NCBI RefSeq assembly: GCF_018977255.1
Contig: NW_024704742.1
Location: 95,172,001-95,236,000 of the forward strand
Length of the DNA stretch: 64,000 bases
Direction of reading: 5' to 3'
Source of the DNA: Callorhinchus milii
Lineage: Eukaryota
Positions 48,271 to 63,074 of the stretch are shown here, one piece after another (the first letter of the stretch is position 1; every line of letters starts with the position of its first letter). The notes beneath the pieces were generated by a model that was given only the letters and a program-made list of their open reading frames with translations, was not told the origin of the DNA and made no database searches. The position numbers and the translations under genes are program-made.

Positions 48271-50738
48271 CGGTAAAGTGATTCCGAACAAAATCAACAT
48301 AATTATTCATTTGTGTTTTTTAAAAGCCAACATTTGTAGAGTGTGCAGGTAATACAGGAGGTGTCTTTCATAGCGTTCATCAATTTTTGTGTCACTGAAT
48401 TGATATGTGTAAACATGTACATGCCATGCAGTTTGAACATCTCGTATAGTCCTACGAGTAAGGGCTTTTGATTTGCTCTGTATATATTATAAAATTGAAA
48501 AACTATATCACTGCAATTGGTGGGGGAGAGAGTGAGAGATATTTTGTAGACCAATTCCGGGCACACATACACACACATACGTGTATATGTGTTTTTTTTT
48601 AAAAATCTAAAAAATTATATATATATAACATAAAAATTTAAATCACCACAATTGCTGATGCCTGCAGTTACTGGAGAAGCTTGTTGGATTAATGGCTGTT
48701 TTTCTCAGATAGAATGTATCTGTGTTTTAGTATTTTATTGCCTTTGCTCAGTTTGTTCCTGAACCCGAGACGGTGGCAAATTTGGCCCCAGGGACACCAT
48801 AACGCATCTGCGTATGGTCACCGGGTTGGGGGGTGTGGGGCTGAAGGGCTCAGGTGGGGGACAGTGGGCTGGGGAGGGGGGAGGAGTGGTGGTGCTCTGG
48901 AGCAAATTGTGCAATTAAATGAAAATAATAGTTTTAAATCATTGCTGGTACTCGTCCTGTCATTTCCCTTGTTTTGCTCTCTCTTCCATTTTCTCTCTCC
49001 TTTTTATATTATTTTGAAATTCATTCTTTTTATGTTACCTTGCTGAACATATTCTAACTTTTGTTTTCTTTTTCCTTCTCATTTCCTTCTCATTTCCAAA
49101 GTGGGAGCAATGTTGATAATTAATAAGTGTATCTATAAAGCAACTGATGGTCTCTGACTTGGAATAGCTGAAGAATAAGAGGCGGGTAGCAGGAGAGAGG
49201 AGGGGGAATAAATAGCCATCCAAAGAAATAATACAGTACTGCTATAAGGAGTAAGATCCTTTTCAAAGCTCTTGCACAAATCACTGTTGCTTTGTGCAAT
49301 TTAGTTTTAAAATGTTTCTGAAACTATTTTGAAGCTTCAGCTGTTTCCATGGGAATCTGAATGTACAGAACAGTTTACAGTTTCAGATTACCAAACAAAT
49401 TAACTGTCAATTGGAAGCAGATTGATGTTATGAATGTGGTGAATATGTTTTATTTAATGTCATAAAACCCAGTAAGTTTTTCTTAACGGAAGCTTTTTTC
49501 TAAGCAGGTATCACTCAGCATGAAAATCTGGCGACTGTTTATTTGTGCAAATTATTTCAGTAGTATTTTCAGACCTAGTAATCCACTCATATGAAACGTT
49601 GGTTAACACAATGCATTATAAATTATATTGTCTGCTTTTAGCCAATGCTCTCTCGCTTAACTTCTGGGAATAAAAAATGAAACAAAAAGAGCAATTACAG
49701 AGAAAGCATAAAATGAGAAATGACAATTTGTCACATTGAACCCATTCTCATGGACTCTGTGCAATTCTTACCATGGAAATAATATTCTCTTCAACTACAG
49801 AATCTTGTATTTGTAGAGTACCATTCACATGAAAGAATGTTTCAAAGTACTTTACAGTGTCACCAAGGAAGAATTGGGAGAAATTTAGAAGTGACTGAAA
49901 GAGGCATTTTTAGGAGATTTTAAAGGTAGGAGAGAGTGATTTTAAAGGTAGGAGAGAGCAAAGTGGTTTCGTAAGACAATCCAGAAGGCAGACCGATGGC
50001 TTGGCTTCTGATGGTGAAATGGAAGAAGTGTATCACAAACAGTAAACTAGAGTCAGGAAAGAGCGAGGATGTGAAACTGGAATCTACACAGAGAGAATAT
50101 AAATTAGACTAAGGAGAGATTTGAAAATGCTGATGTAAACATAACATTCCAAGCCAATGTCTGTAGTCATGTACTGCAATTTATTTTTTTAACCACAATT
50201 TTTCAGCAGTAATATATCTGAGGCACTTGGGGAGCCATAAAAGGAGTAAAGAAGATAGTTATTTTATTGGATATTTTATTTTGAAATATGATGAATGATA
50301 TTACAAATTGTTAATGCAGGTATAAGACTGTCAAAAATTAAATTATATTGTAGCCTATCACATAGAACATGACTGAAATCATAGCAATGGATTATTCAAA
50401 TAATAGACGATCTTATTTGGGTGATTTGGGAAAATGTATTTGTAACAATCCTGAAGAACAGCCATAACAACAACGGCAAATAGTATTTGAATAGCGCCTT
50501 TCATGTTGGAAGGATGTCCCAGAACAGCTACGTTTAGTCTTTTTAAGTAAAATAACGTCTTCAAGTACTTCATAAAATCAATGAAGAAGAATGACAGTCA
50601 AAGGCATAGTCAAAAATAAACATCTCAGGAGGTTTTGAAGGCAGAGAAGATGGATGGCAAAGGGATTTGGGGGAGAGAGTTCCAAAGTGTAAGGGCATAG
50701 TGGGCGAAAGCTTGGCCACTGATGGAGGGAACAGTCGT

Positions 50739-51061
50739 GGAGTCCTGTAGCTCAGTGGTTAGAGCACTCGCTTTGCAAGTGAGAGACCTGAGTTCAATTC
50801 CAGGCAGGTCAGGGCGAAACCTTGGGCAAGTTTCCTTACTCCACACACCTTATAATAATCCCTCCAAAACCAAACAATAATAAATTGGTCATTTTCAATC
50901 TACGACTGTTTGCGGGACATTGCTGTGCGCAATTGGCTGCCGCGTTTGCCCACAAATATACAGTCAATTCACTTTACAGTGTGTTCTGTGAAGCGCTTTG
51001 GGACGTCCTCCCGACGTGAAAAGCGCTATATCAAATGCAAGGATTATTATTATTATTATTA
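50739..51061 (+). mobile_element. tRNA-derived Deu-type SINE, full length
   Basis: Head, core and tail as in the consensus. Confidence 0.9.
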
Positions 51062-51434
51062 ACCGGAAATGAGCAGTAAGGCTGAGTTAATGGAGCAAAA
51101 GTTACTAGCTTGAGGAAATTATAGAGATAGAGTGGGACTTGAGTATGAGGGGTTTGAGTGTTAAGTAAGGCAAAGTACCTGTATTTTGAAGCAGATCTGC
51201 AGGGGAGTGGTGAGTCAGTGAGAAAGGGGGTAATTGGTGGGATAGAATATGTGCTGCAAAGTTCTGTATAAGTTAATGATTTCATCACAAATTCAGAACA
51301 ATATTCAAATGCATTTTTTTTTGTTATTTAGAAGTGTGCGTGATATCAAACATGAAAGAAGAATAATCACCTTCAAATCGGATTCACATCAGTAAAAAGA
51401 CAATTTTGTGCAGGGATCTCTTTGCGCTCTAACT

Positions 51435-51732
51435 ATGGAAGAGACAACAGTCAAAGTCGCAGTACGGATTCGTCCTTTGCTTCCAAAAGAAATTCTTCAC
51501 AACCATCAAGTTTGTGTCCGAGTTGTTCCCAACACACAGCAGGTTGTGATTGGGAAAGATCGTGCCTTTACTTTTGATTTTGTATTTGGACAGAAATCAG
51601 CACAGGAAGAGGTATATTCTTCCTGTATAAAGCCTTTAATTATATCAGCAATTGAGGGATACAATGCTACTGTGTTAGCATATGGTCAAACTGGATCTGG
51701 AAAAACATACACCATTGGTGGAGGACATATAG
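51435..51732 (+). CDS. KIF27: KIF27 coding exon 1 (exon begins 51332)
   Basis: MEETTVKVAVR...GGGHI; donor gtatgt. Confidence 0.93.
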
Positions 51733-54700
51733 GTATGTTATTTTATCCCTCTGCATTGTAAATGTTTACTGTAAGCTACAATATTATACTTCTATTTTGA
51801 AGCATCAGTTTAATGAGCGTAACTTGTTGGAACTCCAGAGTGGTATTAAGGGGTGTCCACATTGTCCAGAGATGATCTTGTAATCTGAAGTATGCTGCCA
51901 TAGAAGGTATCCAGCAGAAGGCAGAACTTCCCCTGAGGGAGGGACAGTTACCCTGACATCTTGATGGTCCTGGTTTTGTGGGGTTGTGCATTTTGTGACA
52001 GGTAGACTTTGCCAGGCTCCCTTTGAGATAGTAACCAAGTTAATTAACAATATAGATTGTCACTACAACTGATTTAGGTTCAACTGGATTTGAAGTAAAC
52101 CTGAGTAGCACTTTAACACAACTGAATTAACATAGTAGTATCTTTGGAATATTAAGGGTCTAGAGCTTTATATTTTATACAGTAACCACAATCTTTTGAC
52201 TTCTCACAAAGTCAAAATATCCATCACGGAAAATTCAGTTTTTAATCTAATATTTTTATGCAGGACTTACTGGTCAGGTGTGACGTCCACAATGTAAGCT
52301 AAATTTTTACAAGTTCATTATTGCAAGATTAGTTAGTCACTCTACAGCTGCACATTGCCAATTGGAGGAACAACAACATCAACAACTTGCATTTATATAG
52401 CGTCCTTCACGAGGGGTAGTGTCCCGGTGCGCTTGGAATGGGACAGAATTTAGAAGGTCCAGAAAATGGACAATGCGATTACCTTATTCAGTTATCTGAT
52501 TGTACCAAAATGTAGGTATGCATCAGGAAACAGAAACTAAGCTTTTAAAGCTTTATTTAAAGTTTAAAATGTTCTTGTTTTAATGATCCACAGCTGCTGT
52601 CTCCGATGAAGAGAAAGGCATTATTCCACATGCCATACATGAGATCTTCCAAAGCATCGCTGAGCACCACAATACAGACTTTCATGTGAAAGTGTCTTAC
52701 ATTGAAGTATATAAAGAAGAATTAAGAGATCTTTTGGAGTTAGAAAGCACAAGCAAAGAGCTTCACATCCGAGAAGATGAAAAAGGAAACACAGGTAATC
52801 CATGCAATTGAATAAGTGAACTTCACTGGTGAAGGCTATTAAATATTCATTTTACATATTTGCTACACACATTTGCAAACATTTTTTTTTGGTGAGCAAG
52901 ATTAGATCTGCTCTTAAACACTGTGTCAGACACCCAGCTGACTCCCCAAAAAATGGCCCACTACTGGTTGAGTGAGACCAGCTAACTCTAACCTGGCTTG
53001 CATAGTTCAAAGTGCTGCATTACTAAACTATTGGGCGGTTCAGTACTAAGTAACCCTTTTTTTAAGATCATTAATACCACATTTTCCTTTCACATATTGG
53101 TGTTTATTGAAGTACTAAAAACATTTTCTATTTTCCCTGATTGTTTTAGTGATCATCGGGGCCAAGGAGTGGGATGTTGAAACTTCAGATGAAACAATGA
53201 CCTTGTTGGAAACTGGCAACGCAGCCCGTCACACAGGCACAACACAAATGAATGAGCACTCTAGCCGCTCACATGCCATTTTCACTATGTACCTTAACCA
53301 AAAGCGACCAAAAAATGCCACCTCAAATAATGCTGAGGATTACACTATAAATGAAACACGTGGGTGTGTTCAACTGATCTCTTCCAAGTTTCACTTTGTT
53401 GACCTGGCTGGTTCAGAACGAGTTACAAAAACAGGGAACACAGGAGAGCGTTTCAAAGAATCTGTGCAAATAAACAGTGGTCTATTGGCGCTTGGGAATG
53501 TCATCAGTGCTTTAGGAGACTCAAGGAGGAAAAGTGCACATATCCCATATAGGGATGCCAAGATAACCCGTTTGCTGAAGGACTCACTTGGAGGAAACGC
53601 TAAAACTGTAATGATTGCGTGTATCAGCCCCTCGTCATCTAGTTTTGATGAGTCCCTTAACTCCTTGAAGTATGCCAACAGAGCTAGGAACATAAGAAAC
53701 AAGCCTATTGTAAATTATGACCCAGAATGGGATCGAATAGATGAAATGGAATTCGAGATTAAAACGCTCAGAGAGGCCCTGCAGCATCAACATTCAAGTT
53801 TGGTGACACGCACCAGCCAAGTGTCGCAGGACTTGTCGAGCCAGGACAAAAAGCGTATCCATGCTTTGGAAGATCAGGTGGCCCAATTGCAAGTGGAAAG
53901 CTACCACTACAAGCAATGCACAGATGAGGCTTTTCAGTTCCTCTTGGAAGTTAGAAACACAAGCAAACTGACAACGAACCAGCAGCAAAGGCTGAAGGAG
54001 TGGCTGGACATGGCAGAAGAGCTGCAGAGTGAATTGCCTGACACACCTGGTGCAGACAGTGGAGTCGGTAGTGGAGGAGAGGAGTCTCATCACATTACAA
54101 TATTTCAATTGAAAAGGGAGCTAAAGAAATGTCAGGTACAGTATTACATATTTTAGGTCACTTCTTTAGGTGATGCGTTCATACTGTCATAAGCAAAATT
54201 CCAGTGGAATTTCTGACATAAATGATAGACTTTTAGTAAAACAGTTGAATGTTTAATTATCAATTTATAATAAACTACATGTACAATACTAGAAAAAATT
54301 ACATAATTTTCTTAGTGGTAAAGAATAACAATGCAAAATAATCCACACACCCCATTCTACATACTGTACACAAAACACACACATACACTTCATTTGGGTG
54401 TTCTACATTAAGATATTTTAAAACTTACTTGTCTAAAAAAAAACTTATTTTTAATTTCTGCTGCCAAGGGTATGGAGATACTGGGTGGAGGAGAGAGAGG
54501 GGAAAATGTTTTTTGATTTGTTTAGCCAAAAGGCTAAAGAGCATTAGTGAAATGTTCCTCATCACTCACTTCTTTTGTAGTTTCCTACAATGTTTGCAAT
54601 GTTTACTTATCCTAACCTAAATTCAGCGCCTTGGGACGTCCTCCTGACGTGAAAGGCGCTATACAAATGTAATTTTGTTGTTGTTGTAATTCCTTATTTT

Positions 54701-57700
54701 GGTGAATTTCTTTCAGTTTTTCCAGTTACTTTAAACCAGACATCATTCCAAACTGTCCCCAAGCTTCTGCCAATAGCTCACTCTAACTTCAGCGCCTTGG
54801 CATGAAAAGTGCTATACAAATGTAACCTTCTTGTTGTTGTACCATTGCTGGGAGATGCACAAAAATAACACTCACCCACTGATGTTTGTAGAAAGAAAAT
54901 GTACCCTTCTTTTGTGTAGGGAAATATTTTCTGCTTATGGTCTGTGTAACTACTGATCTTGCTGTTGGGACAATGTATGTATGATTGAACAGTGTCACAT
55001 AAGTACTCTAAGACACTAGCCTGCTCATCTTCCTCCCACTGAACATCCAATGAACCAATATATGAGAACAATTCATCAAAATGATTGCATGTTATGTTTA
55101 AAAGTGAAGAGATTGTTGCATTGATATTTTTAAATGCCGTTTTTTTAAACTGATGCACCTTATATATCAATATAAAAAGTCATTGACTTTTACAACTGAC
55201 ATATTACATTTATACAAGAGGTAGTTTAGTTTACTGGGAGGACACATATATAATATATATATGTGTAACTGAGGTACATGATGGGTTTATTGAAATGAAA
55301 GCAGAGGTCATATGAATAGCATAGCTTGACTGTCCAGAACCTTGGGATGTCTTCCCGACACTTTGTAATTTGTTGTTGTTATATTTGGAATGGATAGATT
55401 CATCTATAGAAATCAGGAAGAAACACAAAAGAGTTCATTTCTATATTTCTGACTATTACAGTCGAATCTGATCTTTAAAATGACACACTTAGTACATTTT
55501 GGATCAGTGTCAGTGCAGTAGGAATTTTCCTGTTACTTTAATAAACCCTGGGGTCATTTAGTTATGGTTCTATTTCATCTCCTATCAATCATTCTCACTG
55601 TGTTTTAGAGCGAGGCACAATTTGAGCTGAATAAAGTAATCAGCAGTTTTTTACTATGCCATAATTTGGCCTGTTTATAGACGATCAACAAAATAATGCC
55701 CTTGACATACTATTAATACAATCTAATAATGCCCTCACTACTTCTATCCTCGCCGGTCTCCCCAGCTCCACTATTCACAAAACACAGTTAATTCAAACCT
55801 CTGCCACTTGCTCAGACCTGTCTTCAAATCCCTTCATGCCCTGGCACCTCCCTATCTCTCCGACCTGCTTACTCCCCAACCGACTACCCGCTGACTCCGC
55901 TTGCCTGGCTCCGGCCTCCTGCATGAACCTTATACCCTCCATTTCACCATTGGTGGCCTCGCTCTCAGCCACTATGCCCCAAAACTCTGGAACACTCTCT
56001 CTCAATCCCTCTGCCTTGCCTCTTCCTTTCCCATCTTCAGGTCACGCCTAAAGACCTTCCTCTTCGACCGTGCCTACAGTCACATCCTCCCTCCCCTCGG
56101 TTTGGCGTTGTGCCCCGCCATTGTCAAGCGCTCTAGAACGCCACCCTGGGTGAGACATGTTTTATAAATGCAAGTTGTTTTTGTACTATTGTTAATCAAA
56201 AACTCTCCTGGCCAAACTGAGTTCCAAAAGCAGCCATTGCAGGTCGCAATTGTGATATAACGCAGCAAGGAAGAGGGGAGGGGAGAGGGAGAAATGAAGG
56301 AGGATGAGGGAACATTAAGGAGAAAGGAGCGAAGGAAGAGAAAGTGGAGAGAAAGGTAAGGGAAACAAAAATCAGTGAGTCAGAGGGAAGTTAAGGACAC
56401 CGACAGACAAAGAGGTTGATTGGGGAAAGTGTTAATGGATGATTATGGGAAGTAAGACTGACGTCGAAAACAAAAGAGAGAGAGAGTGTCACATACAAGG
56501 AACATACAGGGAATTTACAGTGTGACTGACTTGGTGTGAAAAAGGTAAGAATGAGAGTTTGAAGAGAGAGCATGGTGAGAAAGAGCAAGTGAGTGTAAGA
56601 CTAATTGCAACAGATATAGAGAGGCAAACATTGATGAGAGAGCGACAGAATGAGAGATGCAGAGAACAAACCCAAGTCCTCCCAATTGGCCATATTTGGA
56701 CAGAGCACTTTACTTGTTTAATAAATGCAATTTAAAAATTCAGTTAGCAAATGGCAAGCTATTTCAACAAACATTATATTGCTGTGTGCAAACAACTTTC
56801 TATTTATCAATTGAATATTATATTTTTATTCTTATTTTGGTGAATCTGAGGCAGTATTGCTTATTGAATAGGAACTTTATATCTGGAAAATGAATATAGA
56901 AATGTGGTCATTGTTTTTCAGCTTTGGTGTTTTATTTCTTCAGGATGCCTTGGCTACAGATGAGGAACTGTTCAGTCAAAAAATAGCTGAGCTGAAAGAT
57001 CTTCAAGAGCGACTACAATCATTGGAACAGGAAAAAGAGGAGTGTTTAGCAGCTTTAACAGAGTTGCAAGAAAGGTACCGTATTCAGGTGAGTTTACTAC
57101 TGCACTCTTCACAAATCTAGATAATATATATTACAGGCAAAGGAAGATACTGTATATGGATTGCACAGTCCAGTACATTCAATTGCAATAGTGAAATTGA
57201 ACTTCCAGCTTGAATCCCAGTTTTAACTAGTACCTCATCTTGGACTTTGCTTAGAAATTATTTTGTTAGTCATGGCCAGGGCTGAGGGAAAATTGGATAC
57301 AGAGTTGATGTTCCTTCGTGTACTTTTTAAGTTTGTTTCGTAGCAACGTGTGATATCTGAAGGGTAGAATTGGGGGAGATACTCTCTTGCTATTCCAATT
57401 GGTCATTAAGATGGTCCAGGTCATAAATACCAAAAAGGGCAATTTCACAATTATCAACCTCTAAAGGCAGTACAGTTGAAAGAGTCAGGATGGAATTCCA
57501 GTTCCCATATTTTCTTCCAATGTTGTTGGGGGGAAGGGATGAGGAAGTAAGGGAAAAATGGCACTATGGAATTATATAATAATAATAATAATAATAATTG
57601 GACTAAATAATTGGACTAAAAAAATTGAGGCTTGGAGTTTGGTTTGGAATTTTCATAATGCTATTCCTTCTTGCTTTTGATTTCACATTTACAGAGTGAT

Positions 57701-60700
57701 AAGGTGGTGGAACAGGAGCTTGTTTTTCATCGACTTCAAGAAGAACTACAGACCCTAAAATCTGACAAATCTTCAATTTATAACAAAGTTTCAGAAGGTT
57801 CTACATTACCTGAAAGCACAGCAAGAAGACCCCATAGTGTACCATTGTTCAACATGCGTCTTCATTCTATGGGTATATTACAGTCTGATCAAACAACACT
57901 CAGATCAGACCAAAGAAAGGTACACAATTATTGAGTTCTTGTTGAATATTCCAGCTGAGCCTGATCACATGCACACTTTGCAGCAGAGCTTTGGGATCAG
58001 AAATGGTAACCTGGGCTAAATTCTCTCCGCATAAATGAGAGACTGAGGCCACTTTCACCAATGTTCCTGCTCCTTTTAAGATCAGCTAACTCAGTACAGT
58101 CCAGGGATTCAAATTGAGATCTTCCTTGCTTCTGCGGTTCAATTTTTCTCCAGGCAATGACTTGCAGACTGTGCTTTTACGGCTATTCGGCATCACCGCC
58201 GCCATAGATATTCATATGATTAAGGCTTTTTAAAAATACTTTTTTGTTGCTGGACTCATAGGTGCACACCAGCCCTCCTTCATATACGCTTGAAAGGATG
58301 GTGGCAAGTTTTCGGACACGCAGCCAGATGTTACTAGAGCAACTTGAAGAGCATGATGAGGTCCTTCATCACACATTTACTGATGATAGCAAAGATGAGG
58401 AAGAAGAAAAGGACAAAAGGAAAACCAAAACGGAAGGTTCCAGGTAGCAAATATTAATATGAGAAAATATCATATTAATTATAATTAATTGATAACATGG
58501 TGTAATACAGTAACAATTAATTGTGATTGTAATATTATAGTAATAAAATATTAACATTAAGACATTAGATGTATCCTTAAAACATTAAATTGTTTGCCTG
58601 ACTTATTTGCATATTTTCAGTATGATTAAGTTTTGAGCATAAAGAAGCATTTTAATTTTGGAAGATAACCCTCCAAATAAGGTTGTTTAGTTTGTTTGTT
58701 TTTGTCATGCACGTCTACATCTGCACTTGAATGTTGGCAATTTTTTTTGTAGCTTACTACAAAGGATTAGTTCTAGTCATGCAACAGGACAGTTTGATTT
58801 TATGAATTCAGAAACTGTACGTGATCACCAATACACTGCACATTTAGGTTCTGTTCTACTAATGCTCTAGAAAAAGTAATGCAGCATTTTGGGCAAGAGG
58901 TAAAGGATATACCCAAATGTAGTACTGTATTGCTTTTAGCTTGCCAAAAGCACCACAAGGAGACTTTTAAACAGAACAGAATCGAGGAGTATGGTGAGAA
59001 CATGTCAATAGAGAGGAGAATAATCGAACTGAAGCAAAACTGAGAGCCCTCATTGTCTTTCTCCTACTCGCTCCCAAATCATGGCTTTCATTAGCGCCTT
59101 GATTATCAAAAAAAGATAAAGCAGAATATTTTCTTAATGAGGAGAGACTAAGAACTGTGGAGGAGCAAAGGGATTTGGATGTCCATATCCACAAATCACT
59201 AAAAACTAGTTTTCAGCTACAAAAAGTAATCAAAAAGGTGAATGGAATGTTGGTCTTTATCTCAAGGGACCAGGAATACAAAGGGGAAGAAATGATGCTT
59301 CAGCTGTATAGAGCGTTAGTCAGACCCCATCTGGAGTAGTCCGTTCAGTTTGGGGCACCACACCTCAGGAAAGATATATTGGCTCTGGAGGGGTTGCAGT
59401 GTAGCTTCACCAGAATGTTACCAGCCTTAAAGGGTTACGTTATGAGGAAAGGCTGCGTAAACCATTGGGTTTAGAAGGTTGAGGGGTGATTTGATTGAGG
59501 TGTTTAAGATGATAAAGGGATTTGATAGGGTAGATATAGAGAAGCTATTTCCTCTGGTGGGGGAATCCAATACAAGGGGGAATAGTCTTAAAATTAGAAC
59601 CAGGCCGTTTAAGAGTGAAACAGGAAGCATTTATTAATTCAAAGAGTAGTAGAAATCTGGAATTCTCTTTCCCAAAAGGCTGTGGATGCTGGATCCATCC
59701 GCAACTTCAAGAGTGAGGTTGATAGATTTTTGTAGGTCAGGGTATCAAGGGATATGGGGAAAAAGCAGGAAATTGGAATTGAAAGGATTAGTTGAAGTAC
59801 AACTAATCTAATTGAATGGCGGAACAGGCTCGAAGGGCTGAATGGGCCTACTCCTGTTCCTATGTTCCTAGTAATATCAATGTTCTGGACTTTGAACTCT
59901 GTCGAGCTGACACTTCAGTGCAGCATTGGAGTTACTATCCTTCAAATGAGATGTAAAACTGAGGTCCTATTCTCCCTCTTCAAGTGGATATGGATGCACT
60001 CTACACCTCATGGAGCCAATACGGAACCTCACTGTCCTGTTCAACCCTCAACTATCCTTCATCTTGCACATCCGTGCCACTTACCCAAAATTGCGTGGCT
60101 CTGCCTTTCCCCACATCCCAACATTGCCCGGCTCCGCCACTGTCTCTTACCGCATACCGCCAAGACTCTCATCCACGCATTCATCACATCCAGGCTCGAC
60201 TAGGCAAACTCCCTGTTTGTCGGTCTCCCCGACACCTCCTTCCATCAGGCTGCAGATCGTCCAGAACTCTGCAGCCCGTGTCCTCTCCCACACCAGGTAC
60301 GTGACCCTATCACCCCCATCCTCGCTCGGTTCCATTGGCTCCCCATCACTCAGAGGATAAAGTTCAAGATCCTGGTCCTCACCTTCAAAGCTCTCCATAG
60401 CTTTGATCCTCCCTACCTCTGTGACCTCCTAAACCCCTATCAACCTGTTCGCTCCCTCCACTCAGCGGGCTCCGGCCTGCTTCACGTCCCCCACCTTGCC
60501 TGCCCCACCATTGGCGGATGGGCCTTCAGCCTCTGTGCCCCCACCCTCAAGAACTCCATCCCACAGTCCCTCAGCCTGGACCCCTCCCTTGTCTCCTTCA
60601 AGACCCTCCTCTTCGACCGTGCCTTTAATCACCCTCCTACCCCTAACCTCCTGATCCCAACCACCAGCTCGGGTGTGAATCCCTGACTGTCCAGCACCTT

Positions 60701-62722
60701 GGGACATCCTTCTGACGTGAAAGGCCCTATACAAATAAAATTTGTTGTTGTTGTTGATATTAAAGATGTCATGGCACTTTCAGAAAGGGAGAAGAGTTTC
60801 TCCTGTGCCTTGGCCAACAATCCCCCAGACAATTGGTCATTCACTTCTTGGCTTTTTATGTGACATTGCTATGTGAAAATTATCTGCCATTTTTACAACA
60901 ATTTGCATTTATATAGCATCCTTCACGCAGGGTTCTATAAATACAGTCACTACACTTTACAGAAAACTGTTAAATGCTTTGAGACATCTCAACATCATGC
61001 ACTATATCAAATGCAAGGATTATTATTATTACCAAAGTAGATGTAGTAATTGATTAATGATTCCAGAAAGAGTGCCTTCCTTTGCACTGAAATCTTTCTC
61101 TGGCTTGTGGAAGCCATTTTAGGTAGACTTTATTTTTTCTGGGATAAAAGCAGGAAGTACTGCAAAACCCATAGTTGGCCATACAAATCTGTTTTCCTCT
61201 TTCAGCTGATTCACTTTTGTGGATTTCCAGCATTTCTTGCTTAATTTCAGATTTCCAGTATCTGCTGTTTTTCTTGTTTTAATGTATCGTTATTGGACCT
61301 TAAGTTAGAGGGTTACTGTACGATAGATGTCCACTTTCTGTACTCTTATGTGCAACATACTATATCTCTCTACCTACATGTTCACTCTATATATATTTGA
61401 TCAATTTCACTAGTTATGATTTATTATTAAAAAGTGGCAGCAAATGAATCAGTATATTCAAGAAAATTCTAGTTCATTTGCAGAAAAATGTATGTGTTAG
61501 AATTATGGTTGTGCATAATGTTTAATCAAATTCTAAAAATTGCCTTTTTCCTTCCAATATCAGCTTTTCCATAAATCACATGTGGACTCGAGCACAATAC
61601 GGTGGCGTTATTGGTACGGAATTGTTAAAACAAAATGCTTTACGCCTAAGGGACAATCAACAAGAAAGTGGCAAAGGTAGACTGGAACTAACCAAAAGTT
61701 CTTTGACATTGTGAGAGTAAATGGAGTCCTGTAGCTCAGTGGTTAGAGCACTCGCTTTGTAAGTGAGAGACCTGAGTTCAATTCCAGGCAGAGGGCGAAA
61801 CCTTGGGCAAGTTTCCTTACTCCACACGCCTAATAATGATCCCTCCAAAACCAAAAACAATAATAAATTGGTCATTTTCAATCTACGACTGTTTGTGGGA
61901 CATTGCTGTGCGCAATTGGCTGCAGCGTTCGCCCACAAATATACAGTCAATTCACTTTACAGTGTGTTCTGTGAAGCGCTTTGGGACGTCCTCCCGACGC
62001 GAAAAGCGCTATATCAAATGCAAGGATTATTATTATTATTAAATAAGGCTCTAGAACACAAGAAGTGTTAGGTAGCATTCTAGCCAAATGTAGAGCATAA
62101 AAACTCCACTTTGCCCTAAATAATGATCTCTTAACTCAGTTATTTTGTAAGTTTATTTTCTCCCATCTTTGAATTTTGTCTCCCATGTTATCTGTCATTC
62201 TATGACCAAGTCGAGAAGCATTGTTGTTCTGATTACTGTGCCAGTCCCACACTTGACTTATTGGCTATGTGATGTGAATGTTGATTATTCCTTACATTTT
62301 CTTTGAGCCAGAAAAAGTGTCTTGCCTTCCCTCATTACCTTTATCCAGATAGCTCAGTTGAAATTGATAAAACCAAAATTATAGTGTTGTCCATTTATAC
62401 AACAGTTATCTCTCTACAGGTTATCTCTATTAGTTCTTCACACATTGCTAAGGATTAAAACTAGTCATGTGTATCCTTAAATCTTTCAGTCTATCAAAAT
62501 ACTGTGTATTGAATCTTTTTTCCACCTCTTTTGCTTGACTGTATTTAGGCCCACAGCGGAATCCCTCTTCAGAGGCCGAGCGACTACGTCAGAGTCAAGT
62601 ACTAAACATACAGAAGTTGAAGGCTACAGAGTTGGATGTGGCTTATTCCAAACGGAAGATTGGGGAGCTTGCCGTCAACATTCGTATGAAGGAAGAGCTC
62701 ATCAAAGAATTGGTCAAAACAG
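51435..62722 (+). CDS. KIF27: Kinesin-like protein KIF27, first 8 coding exons (3' partial, continues beyond the window)
   Basis: Kinesin-4 motor: VKVAVRIRPLL, AYGQTGSGKTYT, NEHSSRSHAIF, FVDLAGSER, HIPYRDAKITRLLKDSLGGN; then coiled coil ELAVNIRMKEELIKELVKTG; synteny next to C9orf64 favours KIF27 over KIF7. Confidence 0.95.
52594..52794 (+). CDS. KIF27: KIF27 coding exon 2
   Basis: AVSDEEKGIIPHAI...VSYIEVYKEELRDLL...REDEKGNT. Confidence 0.93.
53150..54135 (+). CDS. KIF27: KIF27 coding exon 3
   Basis: IIGAKE...QLKRELKKCQ; ag/gtacag. Confidence 0.95.
56944..57087 (+). CDS. KIF27: KIF27 coding exon 4
   Basis: DALATDEELFSQK...RYRIQ; ag/gtgagt. Confidence 0.9.
57695..57919 (+). CDS. KIF27: KIF27 coding exon 5
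   Basis: SDKVVEQE...ARRPHSVP...DQRK. Confidence 0.88.
58262..58443 (+). CDS. KIF27: KIF27 coding exon 6
   Basis: VHTSPPSYTLERMVASFRTRSQMLL... Confidence 0.88.
59100..59870 (+). mobile_element. CR1 LINE 3' fragment
   Basis: LQLYRALVRPHLE and a CR1 3' UTR (ggctcgaagggctgaatgggcctactcctgttcctatgttcct). Confidence 0.88.
59990..60755 (+). mobile_element. L2 LINE 3' fragment
   Basis: LIHAFITSRLD, RLQIVQNSAARVL; (gtt)n tail. Confidence 0.85.
61564..61676 (+). CDS. KIF27: KIF27 coding exon 7
   Basis: FSINHMWTRAQ...QESGK; phases 2 and 1 match the neighbouring exons; sequence is poorly conserved. Confidence 0.7.
61723..62041 (+). mobile_element. tRNA-derived Deu-type SINE, full length
   Basis: Head, core and tail as in the consensus. 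Confidence 0.9.
62549..62722 (+). CDS. KIF27: KIF27 coding exon 8
   Basis: PQRNPSSEAERLRQSQVLNIQKLK...MKEELIKELVKT; tttag acceptor, gttaga donor. Confidence 0.88.
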
Positions 62723-63074
62723 GTTAGAAGTGGTAAAAGGCACAAACATAATTGTATTGCTTGTGAGATTTCCAATTTGCTGACATCCTACTCCTCTACC
62801 CCTTTGCTCAGCTGGCTCAGGTCTGCTACATGTCCCTCATCCCCTCCGTTCCACTATAGTTGGTTGTGTTTTCAGCCACGATGCCCCAAACCTCTGATCT
62901 CCCTGCCTCAATCCCTCCTCTCTGCCCACCTTCAAATCACACCTGAAATTTTCTCTCTGTGATCCGTGCCTTCATTATCTTCCCACCTCCTTTTGGGCTC
63001 GGCATCAAGCCACGCCACTGTTAAGCGCTGTGAGAAAGTACCCACATGAAGGACCCTGTATAATAACAATGACA

